In this document: positions 46,073-56,297 of the stretch, piece by piece | Position numbering within the stretch: position 1 is the stretch's first letter | Layout: each line of letters opens with the position of its first letter | Translations under genes and position numbers: made by a program | Notes under the pieces: model-generated | The model's database searches: none | What the model was told of the DNA's origin: nothing | What the model saw: the letters and a program-made list of their open reading frames with translations, nothing else | Virus record (IMG/VR): IMGVR_UViG_3300017917_001910 | Span: 1-64,000 of that record | From: a virus | Taxonomy: Duplodnaviria > Caudoviricetes | Length of the DNA stretch: 64,000 nt | Strand: one strand, 5' to 3'

Positions 46073-49000
46073 TTATTCTTTTGTTTCTACGTTATAATTA
46101 GCAAATTGACGTCTTCCTCGTAATCCTTCATTTCCCAATGGATATAAATTACCTTGATTATAATGAGTTGAATTTGTAATTCCTTCTGGCGTAGCTATTT
46201 GATCAGATTTGCTAGTTTCACTTTCCGGGCGTGTTTCTCCGAATATTTGCATCGATACTTGAACAGATACTATCATAGGTAATTCCCCAACAGAATTTGA
46301 ATTTAACATCGCACCGCCTCCACCATATACTCCTGAATTACTTAGGTTAATTTCCCATGGAGTTTCATTATCAACTGTATAAGATAATGACTTAATAAAT
46401 GCCGGAGTATTTATAAACCAATTGCCTAAAGTAAATTTAATTAACGGCCCTTTCATTTTAGCATCAGTTTGATATTGTGGTACTGTTGTTTTTGCCAATC
46501 TTTCTAATTGGTCCCACATTAGCATTAAATCCCCTCTAGATAATGCAGCAGCTTTGAATGATATACTTAAACTACGTTCAAAACCTTGATAAATATAAGG
46601 GCTATCTGCTCTTCCTAGGATTTTTACTTCTTGCCAGTTAGGATTAAAATCCTCAGATACATTTTCGATGTAAGCTCTAAATCTAAATCTTTCGTTAGTA
46701 TTTAAATCATGAAACATGAATTTTATAAAATCATCAACAGCTTCTTCATCCGTTTGGTTTATTTGCCAAATTGGATCTGTCATACCAATACTTCCAGGGC
46801 CTTTATAAGTATATTGAAAGTTATCAGAGTCTGGCATTGTCGGTTGAGGATTTGTTAAATCTTTACCACGTTTACCATAATCTGGTACTCGAAGCTTGCT
46901 ACGTTTATGTTGACTTGTTTCTGCATAATTTTGTATAACAGTATTACCATAATCTCCCTCAGTAGGAATCCATTTAGCATTACTATCTGGAGATACTAAT
47001 AAGAAATTTTGTATAGACGTTGTATTAACTAATGAACTTGCTAATATCCTTATATCATCATATCCTAGTGTATAATATTGTTGAGGGTCTCCACTAAGCG
47101 TTGATTTATTTTTAATAGCAAGTTTAGAGGTACCTGAATTATTAAAATTAAATATTCCATTAGGAATTGACTTTGCTACTGCTCCTTTTCCAGCAAATGC
47201 CGAGCCTTCTAATTTTAGACTTAATTCTTTATAATATTTCTTAATATCTTCTATTTCTAAAGGTTCTTCATTATAGATAAATACAGAATTATATATATTT
47301 TCTGTAATTGTTTTTTTATCTTTAGTAGTAAATACAGGCCCCCTTTTAAAGCTGTTATATGTAAATGGTCCTGTACTATTAACAACTCTTCTAATATTTG
47401 TAACTCCAATTCCATATAACGATTGAGGGCCGCCCAATCCAGTACTTATGATATCTATGTTTGAAGGCCTTAAATCAATTAACCTTCTTGTAAGTGAAGT
47501 TAATCGGTTTAATATTAGGCTTTGATTTACTGATTTTATACCTCTTCCAGAAGATGGGTCTATACCTGCAAGGCCAAACATTACACCTGAATATGTTGTT
47601 CTAGGCACAATTGGAACTGCATCTTTTCTAAATCTAAGACCTAAATGCTGCGTTGCTGTATTAGCTAATGAACTTATTAATGTTAACGCGCCATTACCAG
47701 CTCTCTTACCAACTAAAGGATCAGCTTCTGTATTAGGAGCTGAAGCTTGAAGACCTGCTTGACGAGCTATAAATAATAATCCTTTAACAGAAGAAAACCA
47801 TTTTCCAATACGAAGAACATCTACAATAGCTCTTTGAGTAGATGTAACAACACCGCCTCTAATAAACCCATCATCAAATTTCCATGTCTCCCATGGATAA
47901 AATCCTGTTTTTACAAAGTCTTTACGTTGTATACCAGTTAAGATTAATGGTTGATTGAATAAAACTAATCCAGTATTAAATGAATTATCTCTTAAATTAA
48001 ATGAGCTATATAAAATATCTCTAGCTGAGGGAGAATTAGTTCTAAAGAAATATTTTTCTAAAGTATCTCCAGTTATGCCTGTAGATGATATATATGGTGT
48101 ATTACTATTATATACTGTTCTTGTATATTTAGTATTGCCCAGACGATTAGAGAATGTAACCTTTAAAGGCCATTGTTGAGCGCCTTTTATTTTAGTACTA
48201 TCACTTAATCTTCCTTCTCTTACTGTTTTAGGATATGTATATGTATTACCGCTTATTCCTAAGAATGCTGTTTGTCCTTCTTTTTGATTTATTATAAAGC
48301 CTTTAGCTCCAGACGTTAAATCATTAAAATAGTTAAATGATGGCGGATACTTACCTCTATATAATAATCTTAATCTATTTGATACATTTCTAAATCCTAA
48401 GATTTCTTTTCTAGTATCATATATACTGTTTTTATTATCAATTAGTTTTTGAATATATTGACTAATCTTTGCCAACATATTAGGTCTTTGATCTTTATAT
48501 AAACTTAGTTTAAGTAATGCTCGTGGAGATTGATCTTTATATAAACTTAATTTGTCAAGCAATGGAGGTAATTGATCTTTGTATAAACTTAGTTTATCTA
48601 TAATAGCAGGTAATTGATCTTTGTATAAACTAAGCTTAAGTATATCAATTGGTAATTGATTTTTATACAAACTAGTCTTTGTAAGATTTCTCGGAAACTG
48701 TTCTTTGTATTTACTTATTTTATCTTTTAAAATAGTTTTAAGTATTTCTATTGTAGATATGTGTTGAATACCTCTTGGAGTAAATTTTATAAACTCAGAT
48801 ACTTTATTTATTTCTTTTACTCTTTGTTCTTTATATTGCGAAACTTTATTTAAAATAGTATCGCCGAATAATGTAGATATAGCAGGTATTCCTCTATTTC
48901 TTTTTGCATTAATAGAGAATGGTTTATAATCTATTTTTTTAGCGCCTGGCACTTGAATAGACGTAGAATTATCTACTTTATTTATCTTTATATCAGTAGG

Positions 49001-49132
49001 AGGTTTAAGTTCATTAGACGTGCTATAAACAGCTTTTATTGGAGATTCAGAAAGTTTCTTTTTTTCTCCAGCTTCTACTGTTGTCGGCTTACGCCATTGA
49101 GATAAATTTGATTTTAAATCTAGTATTGCCAT
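46073..49132 (-). CDS. Large baseplate / tail-tube-initiator-like protein
   Basis: C-terminal FRAYI...E.F.P.W.....GRA....YQGFERS.S.SF...P.IKFTLG..F...P.FI.SLSY domain; lies between tape measure and LysM genes. Confidence 0.65.
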   Translation of the reverse strand: MAILDLKSNLSQWRKPTTVEAGEKKKLSESPIKAVYSTSNELKPPTDIKINKVDNSTSIQVPGAKKIDYKPFSINAKRNRGIPAISTLFGDTILNKVSQYKEQRVKEINKVSEFIKFTPRGIQHISTIEILKTILKDKISKYKEQFPRNLTKTSLYKNQLPIDILKLSLYKDQLPAIIDKLSLYKDQLPPLLDKLSLYKDQSPRALLKLSLYKDQRPNMLAKISQYIQKLIDNKNSIYDTRKEILGFRNVSNRLRLLYRGKYPPSFNYFNDLTSGAKGFIINQKEGQTAFLGISGNTYTYPKTVREGRLSDSTKIKGAQQWPLKVTFSNRLGNTKYTRTVYNSNTPYISSTGITGDTLEKYFFRTNSPSARDILYSSFNLRDNSFNTGLVLFNQPLILTGIQRKDFVKTGFYPWETWKFDDGFIRGGVVTSTQRAIVDVLRIGKWFSSVKGLLFIARQAGLQASAPNTEADPLVGKRAGNGALTLISSLANTATQHLGLRFRKDAVPIVPRTTYSGVMFGLAGIDPSSGRGIKSVNQSLILNRLTSLTRRLIDLRPSNIDIISTGLGGPQSLYGIGVTNIRRVVNSTGPFTYNSFKRGPVFTTKDKKTITENIYNSVFIYNEEPLEIEDIKKYYKELSLKLEGSAFAGKGAVAKSIPNGIFNFNNSGTSKLAIKNKSTLSGDPQQYYTLGYDDIRILASSLVNTTSIQNFLLVSPDSNAKWIPTEGDYGNTVIQNYAETSQHKRSKLRVPDYGKRGKDLTNPQPTMPDSDNFQYTYKGPGSIGMTDPIWQINQTDEEAVDDFIKFMFHDLNTNERFRFRAYIENVSEDFNPNWQEVKILGRADSPYIYQGFERSLSISFKAAALSRGDLMLMWDQLERLAKTTVPQYQTDAKMKGPLIKFTLGNWFINTPAFIKSLSYTVDNETPWEINLSNSGVYGGGGAMLNSNSVGELPMIVSVQVSMQIFGETRPESETSKSDQIATPEGITNSTHYNQGNLYPLGNEGLRGRRQFANYNVETKE
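48480..48720 (-). repeat. 42-bp (14-aa) tandem coding repeat KLSLYKDQLP-x4
   Basis: About 5-6 units visible in DNA (TTGATCTTTRTATAAACT) and in protein. Confidence 0.85.
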
Positions 49133-51366
49133 TATCCTAATCTATTATATGAATTACCTACACCAGCATTATAACTATTATTCATTGAAATTTTATTTCC
49201 TATTTCTTTAATTGCTGTATTACCTACTACTAAAGAAACATTAACGGTTGGTTGAGAATTTGTTGTACCTGGCTTATTTGGTGTTGCTATTAAACCATCT
49301 CCTGCACTAGTTACTCCAATATTACCTTTTCTATCTGTAATAGTAAATGGTCCATTTGATGCCGGGGCGACGCCATCTTGTACCATTTGGACCGCCCCAA
49401 TAACAGCGCCAGCAGCAACAGCAACTCCAGCAGCAATAGCAAATCCCATTAATCCGCCTGATAATGCTGTTGTTAAACCAGCAGCTGCTATAGCAGCTTT
49501 TAATAATCCGATACCTATTATAACTATTGCAGCACCTATTCCTACTAAAACAGGCCCTAAAAATTTAAACCCTTTAGTCATCATTTCAATTAATGAATTC
49601 ATCTTTTCTTGAGTCGTTAATGCTTCATTATCAGCTTCATATTTCTGTGCTGCTAGATCACCCTCTTTTGCCATTTGAGCTATTCTTTCTTGATGTCCCT
49701 TTAAAGAATGTTGTAATCCCTCTGCAGTTTGATTTTCTGCAGCTGCCATGTCAATATTTAATTTTCTAGCTAATTCTTGTTGAGAAACAAATTTTGCCAT
49801 TTGATCAACATTCATACCTAATGCAGCTGCCGTTGATTGTTTCTCAACACGATTCATTTTTGAATATGAATTATAATCAATTTCTTGCTTAACTAACTCA
49901 TCCATTAAACCATTCATGTCATCTTGTAATGCAAACATTCTGGCTTTATCCATATTAATATTTCTTCCAGTTACTAATTGAGCTGTTACTTGATTCTCGA
50001 TTGATGATTCAATATTTAATAATTGATCTGCAATACCGTTTAAATCTTCTAATGTCGTTCCTAACATTTTAGCTTTCATTACGGCATGAGTTAATTCTGT
50101 ATCGCTGCCTCTAAATTGTATACGTATTGAGTCTGATACTTTAGATACAGCTCGTAATACTGCTGATAATGATTGTGTTGAACCAGTAGCTTTATTAAAT
50201 CCAGTTGCGATTGCAAACACTTCTTTCTTTACAACTTCTGTATCTTTACCAGCTATTTTTGCTGTTCTTTGAAAGTTAGATGCATCTTCTGCTTGAAGTC
50301 CATAAGCTTTAGTTAATTTAACTTGCTGGTCAACTAACGTTTCATTTTCTGCTCCATATGTACCAAAATCATCTACTAGTTCTGCAGAAGCTTTTCTAGC
50401 TTCTTCCATAGACGTAACCATTGACTTAGAACTAAATAATAAGCGACTTTGCATTGAGTCAACTGCGTTAGATTGCTCATTTGTCAATCCTATAGATCTT
50501 TGTTGATCTTTCATGTCTTGTTCACGCTTCAAAGTCATTTTTAGACCTGTTTTGGCCAATCCTATACCGCCACTTATCAATCCTAAAGCAGGTCCTGCTT
50601 GAAGTTTTGACATAGCATTCATTAAACCTTTATCGTTTCTGAAATATTTGTAAAACTTTGCAGTTAATTTTCTTTGTGCTTTTCGACTCATTAATGTATT
50701 AGCCATAAAGTCTCCAACTAAAGGAATTTTCCTCATATTAGATTCAAGACCAGATACATATTCTTTAGCAGCCGTCATCTGAGCTTTTTTAATTTTATGT
50801 TCTAAATCTAATTGTTTTTGTTTTAATTTAATCTCTATTTCATTGAGTTCTATTGAATCTTGTAACGCTCTATTTTTCTCTTTATATTCTTTTTTAAGTT
50901 GTTTTAATAAAGTTTCATTTATTTGTATTTCTCCATCTTTTTCTGTTACTGCTTGTTTTAATAAGTGCTGATACTTATAAGCAAGATTTAATTGTTTCTG
51001 CCCATCTTCAGATATAGTTCTTTCAGCTTTCGCTTTCTTTTTTAAAGATAATAATTGATCATGTAATGAATCTTTAAAGGATTCGTATAATTGTTCTTGC
51101 TTTTCGGCGGCCTTTTTTTGAATGTCTGCAGCCTTTTCTTGAGCGATATTCGCACGTTCTTGTTGACGTATTCTTTGTTCTTCAATAGAAGCTAAACGTT
51201 CTTGAATAGCCAGTTCTCTTTCTATTAAAACTAATTGTCGTTTTTTGGCAGCTTCTTTTTCTTTAGCGCTTTTACGATCATTATCAATAATCGTTTGTTG
51301 TCTGTCAATTTCTAAACGAGTTTCTTCTAATCTATCTTTTACGATATCTTCACGAGATCTAGCCAT
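49132..51366 (-). CDS. Tape measure protein
   Basis: Long helical/coiled-coil sequence, LLNIESSIENQ..AQL.TGR.IN...AR, C-terminal Ala/Gly hydrophobic stretch; follows the chaperones. Confidence 0.75.
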   Translation of the reverse strand: MARSREDIVKDRLEETRLEIDRQQTIIDNDRKSAKEKEAAKKRQLVLIERELAIQERLASIEEQRIRQQERANIAQEKAADIQKKAAEKQEQLYESFKDSLHDQLLSLKKKAKAERTISEDGQKQLNLAYKYQHLLKQAVTEKDGEIQINETLLKQLKKEYKEKNRALQDSIELNEIEIKLKQKQLDLEHKIKKAQMTAAKEYVSGLESNMRKIPLVGDFMANTLMSRKAQRKLTAKFYKYFRNDKGLMNAMSKLQAGPALGLISGGIGLAKTGLKMTLKREQDMKDQQRSIGLTNEQSNAVDSMQSRLLFSSKSMVTSMEEARKASAELVDDFGTYGAENETLVDQQVKLTKAYGLQAEDASNFQRTAKIAGKDTEVVKKEVFAIATGFNKATGSTQSLSAVLRAVSKVSDSIRIQFRGSDTELTHAVMKAKMLGTTLEDLNGIADQLLNIESSIENQVTAQLVTGRNINMDKARMFALQDDMNGLMDELVKQEIDYNSYSKMNRVEKQSTAAALGMNVDQMAKFVSQQELARKLNIDMAAAENQTAEGLQHSLKGHQERIAQMAKEGDLAAQKYEADNEALTTQEKMNSLIEMMTKGFKFLGPVLVGIGAAIVIIGIGLLKAAIAAAGLTTALSGGLMGFAIAAGVAVAAGAVIGAVQMVQDGVAPASNGPFTITDRKGNIGVTSAGDGLIATPNKPGTTNSQPTVNVSLVVGNTAIKEIGNKISMNNSYNAGVGNSYNRLG

Positions 51367-51370
51367 ATTT

Positions 51371-51631
51371 TTATTTAACTCTTAATTCTTTTTTATGAAT
51401 AGCAATTTTATTTTTATGAGTTTCTATCGCTTTCTTATATTTCTCAGTTTTTTTAGATGCGCCGTATTTCTTTTCATATGAATCAACAGTTGCCTGGGCT
51501 TTTCTACGTTGCTTATCAGCAGCTTTAAGAGCCTTTAACACTTCTGGATCTTTTTTCCATTTATTTTTAGCGTCATGATAATTAGGGCCAAATAATGTTC
51601 CTAATACAGTTGCAAATAATCCTCCTAACAT
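51371..51631 (-). CDS. Hypothetical basic protein
   Basis: 86-aa ORF upstream of the tape measure gene. Confidence 0.6.
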   Translation of the reverse strand: MLGGLFATVLGTLFGPNYHDAKNKWKKDPEVLKALKAADKQRRKAQATVDSYEKKYGASKKTEKYKKAIETHKNKIAIHKKELRVK

Positions 51632-51671
51632 ACTTTATAGTCTTTTATATTATTAATTATCGTTATACAGT

Positions 51672-51697
51672 AAAAAAGCCCTTTTTATTAGGGCTTT
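51672..51697 (-). terminator. Intrinsic terminator
   Basis: AAAGCCCT-TTTTATT-AGGGCTTT hairpin with U-tract. Confidence 0.7.
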
Positions 51698-51930
51698 CTT
51701 TTATTGAAGTTTGGTTTAGAAATCTTCGGCATTTTACTTTTTGCTTCTGAAGTTTGTTTTTCAATTTCTTCATTTTCTTTATTAATAAAGTCATTGATTT
51801 GTTTAATATAGAATCTTCGAAGCCACACGGGAAAGGAATACACGCTCTCCCACGTAAATCCTCCTTTGCCATGATATACCAAGTTAAATATCTCGGTATG
51901 CAGAATGGGCCTATAGTTAGGCCCCAGGCC
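51688..51930 (-). CDS. Tail assembly chaperone C-terminal extension (probably reached by frameshift)
   Basis: The frame of 51688..51882 stays open back to the T7 run at 51931-51937 (GLGPNYRPILHTEIFNLVYHGKGG...). Confidence 0.55.
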   Translation of the reverse strand, partial: GLGPNYRPILHTEIFNLVYHGKGGFTWESVYSFPVWLRRFYIKQINDFINKENEEIEKQTSEAKSKMPKISKPNFNKRKP

Positions 51931-52771
51931 AAAAAAAGTCCACTCCCACAGGTAAATTTACTTTCCCTTCGTAGAAGCACTCTTGACATAAAAAATCAAC
52001 ATTAAAATCTACACCTGGAGATATAGTTTTAATATGTTCTCTTAAAGCCCTTGAATCCTGAGCAAATAATTCACTATCAACAAAATCACTAATATATTTT
52101 CTATCGTCATTACCATCAACTGCAATAATAATATATTTTAATCTTGTAGTAAGGTCTTTACTAATACCTGATTTATTTGTCTTTTTAAGATTTTCAAGTT
52201 CTAATTGTATTTTCTTTTCATCTCCGTGAGTAAGTAATTTAAATATTACTTCTCTGTTTGAAGCTGGAAGAATAAATTTGAATTCATTTGCATTAATCAT
52301 TTCGGCTTTTTCAATATCAAATTCCTTTTCTTTTAATGTATTTAAATCAAACGATACTTTAGATTCTTTATCACATTCAGGGCAAGTGCAAGTAGCATCA
52401 TACATTTTTCCGTATCCTAAAATTCTCGCAGCAATCATAATAGCATCTTTATCAGCGCCAATTAAATCATTATACTTAATAGGAGTTACGATTAATGCTT
52501 GAAATAATTTGTCTAATACAACACCTTGTTTAATTAATGATTGTGTTGTAAGAATATCTTCTTCAGCAGCAGTCATATATTTTAATTCAATAGTGCCACT
52601 TCTTAATGGAGAATCTTCTGGATATAATAATCCTTTAGATGGTAATGAAATTACTTCTGTTGGGAAATTATGTGTTCTAACTTCTTTTTGCTTGTATTCT
52701 TGAATAATACTGTTTTTTAAATCTTGGATAGATGATTTATCCATTGGATAATTGTCGTTTACTATACTCAT
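51917..52771 (-). CDS. Tail/baseplate assembly chaperone (T4 gp26/gp51-like)
   Basis: LPSKG..YP, MTAAEEDIL, ARILGYG, CPEC, LP.S, DSRALR, CQEC, FFWP. Confidence 0.75.
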   Translation of the reverse strand: MSIVNDNYPMDKSSIQDLKNSIIQEYKQKEVRTHNFPTEVISLPSKGLLYPEDSPLRSGTIELKYMTAAEEDILTTQSLIKQGVVLDKLFQALIVTPIKYNDLIGADKDAIMIAARILGYGKMYDATCTCPECDKESKVSFDLNTLKEKEFDIEKAEMINANEFKFILPASNREVIFKLLTHGDEKKIQLELENLKKTNKSGISKDLTTRLKYIIIAVDGNDDRKYISDFVDSELFAQDSRALREHIKTISPGVDFNVDFLCQECFYEGKVNLPVGVDFFWPGA

Positions 52772-52815
52772 AACGTATTTATTTTATTATAATTATTTAA
52801 GATGAAAGATAGTAA

Positions 52816-53412
52816 TTATACTATTTTTTGTGCCATAGCTTGAATTTCTGATGCCTTTATACCTAACAATCCGCCTTCACCTGCTAATGTAGCTAATGAA
52901 TGTATATCTGGTAAGCCAGAAACAGTTGCAATTGCACAGGCAGATAAGATAGTTAAATATAATCCATGCGCATGTTTGTATAAAAGAGAACTTTTATCCT
53001 CCCAATTTTGAAGGCGGTATTTATCTGGAAATGCGGCTTGTAATAATGAAGCTAATCCAGATATATATGCATCATGTAATTCATGTCCCCATTTTTTAAG
53101 CGTATTACCAAACTTAGTCTCTGCATAAGGATCATTTTTTATATATTTTACTAGATTATTAGTAGCATTTCCTAAAGCTTCTAATATACCTGGTGCGCTA
53201 GCAATTGCCCCGAATGTTAATGCTAATCCTTCTTGTAATTCTTCTTCTTGAGGTTCAATTGTTTTAGCATCTTGTTTAATTGATTGTATAGATTGTTTAA
53301 AGGCTTGAATTAAATCTTCAGATTCGCCTTCCATTAATCTATTATATTCACTTAATGTAATAATTCCAGCTTGTTTTTGAAATCTTAATTTTTCTTTTAA
53401 TGTTAAGCTCAT
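52816..53412 (-). CDS. Hypothetical protein (N-terminus similar to 53428..54846)
   Basis: MSLTLKEKLRFQKQAGIITLSEY. Confidence 0.7.
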   Translation of the reverse strand: MSLTLKEKLRFQKQAGIITLSEYNRLMEGESEDLIQAFKQSIQSIKQDAKTIEPQEEELQEGLALTFGAIASAPGILEALGNATNNLVKYIKNDPYAETKFGNTLKKWGHELHDAYISGLASLLQAAFPDKYRLQNWEDKSSLLYKHAHGLYLTILSACAIATVSGLPDIHSLATLAGEGGLLGIKASEIQAMAQKIV

Positions 53413-53427
53413 GTTAATATTTATATT

Positions 53428-54846
53428 TTATGCTATATTAGATATGTCTTGTTGGGTTGGTACTTTTATATTATTTGATGCAATCGTATTCATAAGATCT
53501 ATAAAATTTTTCTTTTTTTGCTGTTCATTACCTTTTAAAGAATTCATAATATCTTGAAAATGTGTATTATCTTTAATTTTATCACTATTCATCATTTTAT
53601 TATAATCTTTTTCAGTAAAATCACTTTTTCTAGCATCATATATATTTAACTTTTGTAACAAATATCTTACAGGCTGTAGTCTATTAATAAATTCAGTCGG
53701 AGTAGTAACATAATCAAATTCCCTACCACCAGATCTATATTCTTTAGATTGATTACCGCCATTAGTATATTTATAAATTTTTTCTTTAGTAGAAGCGGGT
53801 ATTCTATAACCCCCATCGTCGACTGCATGTCCTAATTCATGCGCTGGTATAGTCTCATATCCAGGAGTATTAAATCCTTTTTCAATATAAATATTCCCTT
53901 GTTTATCGTATTTTTTTTTATTTGAACTTGGCTCGTATTTATTCTTAACCCATTTTTGTTGTACATAATCCCATCTTTCTCCTTCATATTTTTTACCTAT
54001 ATACATTCCACTGAAATATCCTGGTTCTTTTCCTATTGCATTAACAAACTGCGTTTTATTTTTTACGCTTTGTAAATTATTAAGTCTAACATCTCTCTCA
54101 TTTTCAATCCATTTTTTATCTTTACCAGGAAATTCTTTTTGTAGTCTTTGTAAATATTGTGGAGATTGAAGATAGGAAAGCCACCAATTATATTGACTTG
54201 CTAATTCTTCTTTAGCATTTGGGCTTGTTTTTATTACAGTTTCAATTGCAGGTTCTTTACGTAAAACGTCTCTCTGCGCAGCGGTTAATGAAGGGCTACC
54301 TAATACTGCAGATATAATACCTAAAGTTAACATTCCTTGTTTAGCATATGATTTTAATTTATCTAATAAAGTGTTAAATGCTCCTTCATTTAAAGTGCTT
54401 AATAAATCATCTACAATTTTTTGTTCTTTATCAGATAATTCATTAGATTTTTCTTTTTCAAATTCTTTTAAATCTTGTGTTACTGGCATATCATTAATTA
54501 TTAGATCTGTACCACTCTCAAATCCAACAATATTACCTATCTTTAATATCTTACCACGAGAGTCTCTTAACATTAATTTAAGATTACCTTTAGGTTTAAC
54601 ATAATTATCTTGAAAAATTTCTATTATATCATCAACATCCCATTTACCTGTTATGGTAGTTGGTTTAGAATCTATATCAAAAGTAACTTCTTTTTTTGTG
54701 TTGTTATCAGTAACGGTCAATTGGTAGTCTTTATATGACTTATGTTGACCTTGTTTGAATTCTTCTAACTTTTGTTTATATTGAGATTCTGTAATGATTC
54801 TTGCTGTTCTTTGCAAGTCTAATCGTTCTTTTAAAGTTAAGTTCAT
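53428..54846 (-). CDS. Hypothetical protein with HEXXH zinc-metallopeptidase motif
   Basis: AHELGHAVD...PTE. Confidence 0.65.
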   Translation of the reverse strand: MNLTLKERLDLQRTARIITESQYKQKLEEFKQGQHKSYKDYQLTVTDNNTKKEVTFDIDSKPTTITGKWDVDDIIEIFQDNYVKPKGNLKLMLRDSRGKILKIGNIVGFESGTDLIINDMPVTQDLKEFEKEKSNELSDKEQKIVDDLLSTLNEGAFNTLLDKLKSYAKQGMLTLGIISAVLGSPSLTAAQRDVLRKEPAIETVIKTSPNAKEELASQYNWWLSYLQSPQYLQRLQKEFPGKDKKWIENERDVRLNNLQSVKNKTQFVNAIGKEPGYFSGMYIGKKYEGERWDYVQQKWVKNKYEPSSNKKKYDKQGNIYIEKGFNTPGYETIPAHELGHAVDDGGYRIPASTKEKIYKYTNGGNQSKEYRSGGREFDYVTTPTEFINRLQPVRYLLQKLNIYDARKSDFTEKDYNKMMNSDKIKDNTHFQDIMNSLKGNEQQKKKNFIDLMNTIASNNIKVPTQQDISNIA

Positions 54847-54880
54847 ATTAAATGATTTATTATAATTATCTTAAATCATG

Positions 54881-54907
54881 AAAAAAGCCCGCATTTTATT
54901 GCGAGCT
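54881..54907 (-). terminator. Intrinsic terminator
   Basis: AGCCCGCA-TTTTAT-TGCGAGCT hairpin with U-tract. Confidence 0.6.
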
Positions 54908-54951
54908 AATTTCGGGGTAACTTCGGGAAAAGTTAATATTGTTATTATTTA

Positions 54952-55293
54952 TTATAATTCATTATTAGATTGGACTAATCCAGATTTAGCTAACAATCGT
55001 ATGATATCCTGACCGTTATTAAAAAATCCATTTAAATACTCAGCATTAAAAGATTCTGTTGTATCAAAGTCAGGTGCTTGACACCATTCTTGCATACCTA
55101 AAAAGAATTCTCTACCCTTCGGAGTAAATATTACATCATTTAAAGTTATTGATTCTTTAACTGGTTCTTCTTTTTCTTGTTTAGATTCGTACTCATCCAT
55201 TACTTCTTGAATAGTAGGTAATGGTTTGCCAGGTTTACGTTCCCATGCATATCCTTCTTTAAGAAGTGATTTTAGTTTTATTTGTTTTGACAT
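54952..55293 (-). CDS. Hypothetical protein
   Basis: 113 aa; LKEGYAWERKPGKPLPT. Confidence 0.65.
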   Translation of the reverse strand: MSKQIKLKSLLKEGYAWERKPGKPLPTIQEVMDEYESKQEKEEPVKESITLNDVIFTPKGREFFLGMQEWCQAPDFDTTESFNAEYLNGFFNNGQDIIRLLAKSGLVQSNNEL

Positions 55294-55300
55294 TTTTAGT

Positions 55301-55672
55301 TTAACTTAAAAATCTTAATTTATATAATGTGCTTGTTATCAACGTAACAATATTATCTATTTCATTTTGAAGGTTTGAATCTTCTTTAACAGAGCCCCTT
55401 AAATCTTCAACGGTTTTTAATAATGCTTTAAAATATTTTATAGTATTAGCAGTATTTTCATAATTATTAAGAGCATAATTTTCATAGCTATTTATAATAT
55501 CATACTTACCTTGAAACGATTCTACTAACGTATCTACTAATCCAACTATTAAATCATAATATTCATTTAATGCTTTATGTTCAGCATATGATTTAGTTTG
55601 TAAATGAAATATATGTACCTGCGTAGAAGAATGTAACAGATATGAAATTAATTTTATAAATTCTTTGTTCAT
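55301..55672 (-). CDS. Ferritin/Dps-like four-helix protein
   Basis: H.FHLQT.SYAEHKAL.EYY...D.LVE..QG...N.ID.I...T.YKL.FL. Confidence 0.75.
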   Translation of the reverse strand: MNKEFIKLISYLLHSSTQVHIFHLQTKSYAEHKALNEYYDLIVGLVDTLVESFQGKYDIINSYENYALNNYENTANTIKYFKALLKTVEDLRGSVKEDSNLQNEIDNIVTLITSTLYKLRFLS

Positions 55673-55743
55673 CGTTTATTGTAAATATAAATGAAAAATC
55701 TCAAAATGCCTAATGATTTTGTTATTTTTAAATTAAGTAAAAA

Positions 55744-56235
55744 TCAATAGTTAAGTATAGCATAATCATAGGTAACGGTAACTGTAATAGTAACAGCTTC
55801 TCCGTCATTCGCCCAATCCATTTCATTGAAGTTAGCATCTGAACACCAAGCACCTTTTAATACCCATTCTTCTACTTTATCACCTACAGGACCTAACATG
55901 TTAAATGTAACGTCTTTTTTATAGAAGTCACTATAACCATCACGACCTGTTACGCTTTCATGTCCTAGACGAATCCATTCCATTACTGCTTGAGCTCCTG
56001 AAGGAACAATTGGGTCATATAAAGTAATAGTGAGATCTTGCCAACGAGACTTACCTTTTACTTTTCTGTCTACGTTAATATGATCTAACGTTGTAACAGT
56101 TGATGTTAATTGAGGTCTTCCTGCTGCTTTAATAATAAAAGAAGGAATTCCTTCAATATACATGAAGAATCTATTTGTTTGTTTTGGTTCCCAACTCTGG
56201 AACATTATTTCAGCTGGGTCTAAAATTTCTGGCAT
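55744..56235 (-). CDS. Tail tube protein (T4 gp19-like)
   Basis: EPKQ.NRF, W..L.ITLYDPI, EW, YKKD, LGPVGD.VEEW.L.GAW, YDYA. Confidence 0.88.
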   Translation of the reverse strand: MPEILDPAEIMFQSWEPKQTNRFFMYIEGIPSFIIKAAGRPQLTSTVTTLDHINVDRKVKGKSRWQDLTITLYDPIVPSGAQAVMEWIRLGHESVTGRDGYSDFYKKDVTFNMLGPVGDKVEEWVLKGAWCSDANFNEMDWANDGEAVTITVTVTYDYAILNY

Positions 56236-56297
56236 AGTATTATATGTTTAAATTTGTTATTTATTATAATTATTGTTAAGTGTTAAAAACTAATGTA

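Noticed and set aside
51663-51989. 108-aa minus-strand ORF as the -1 frameshift product of the chaperone
   Set aside because: It is less protein-like and runs through the terminator hairpin; the +1/-2 frame fits better.
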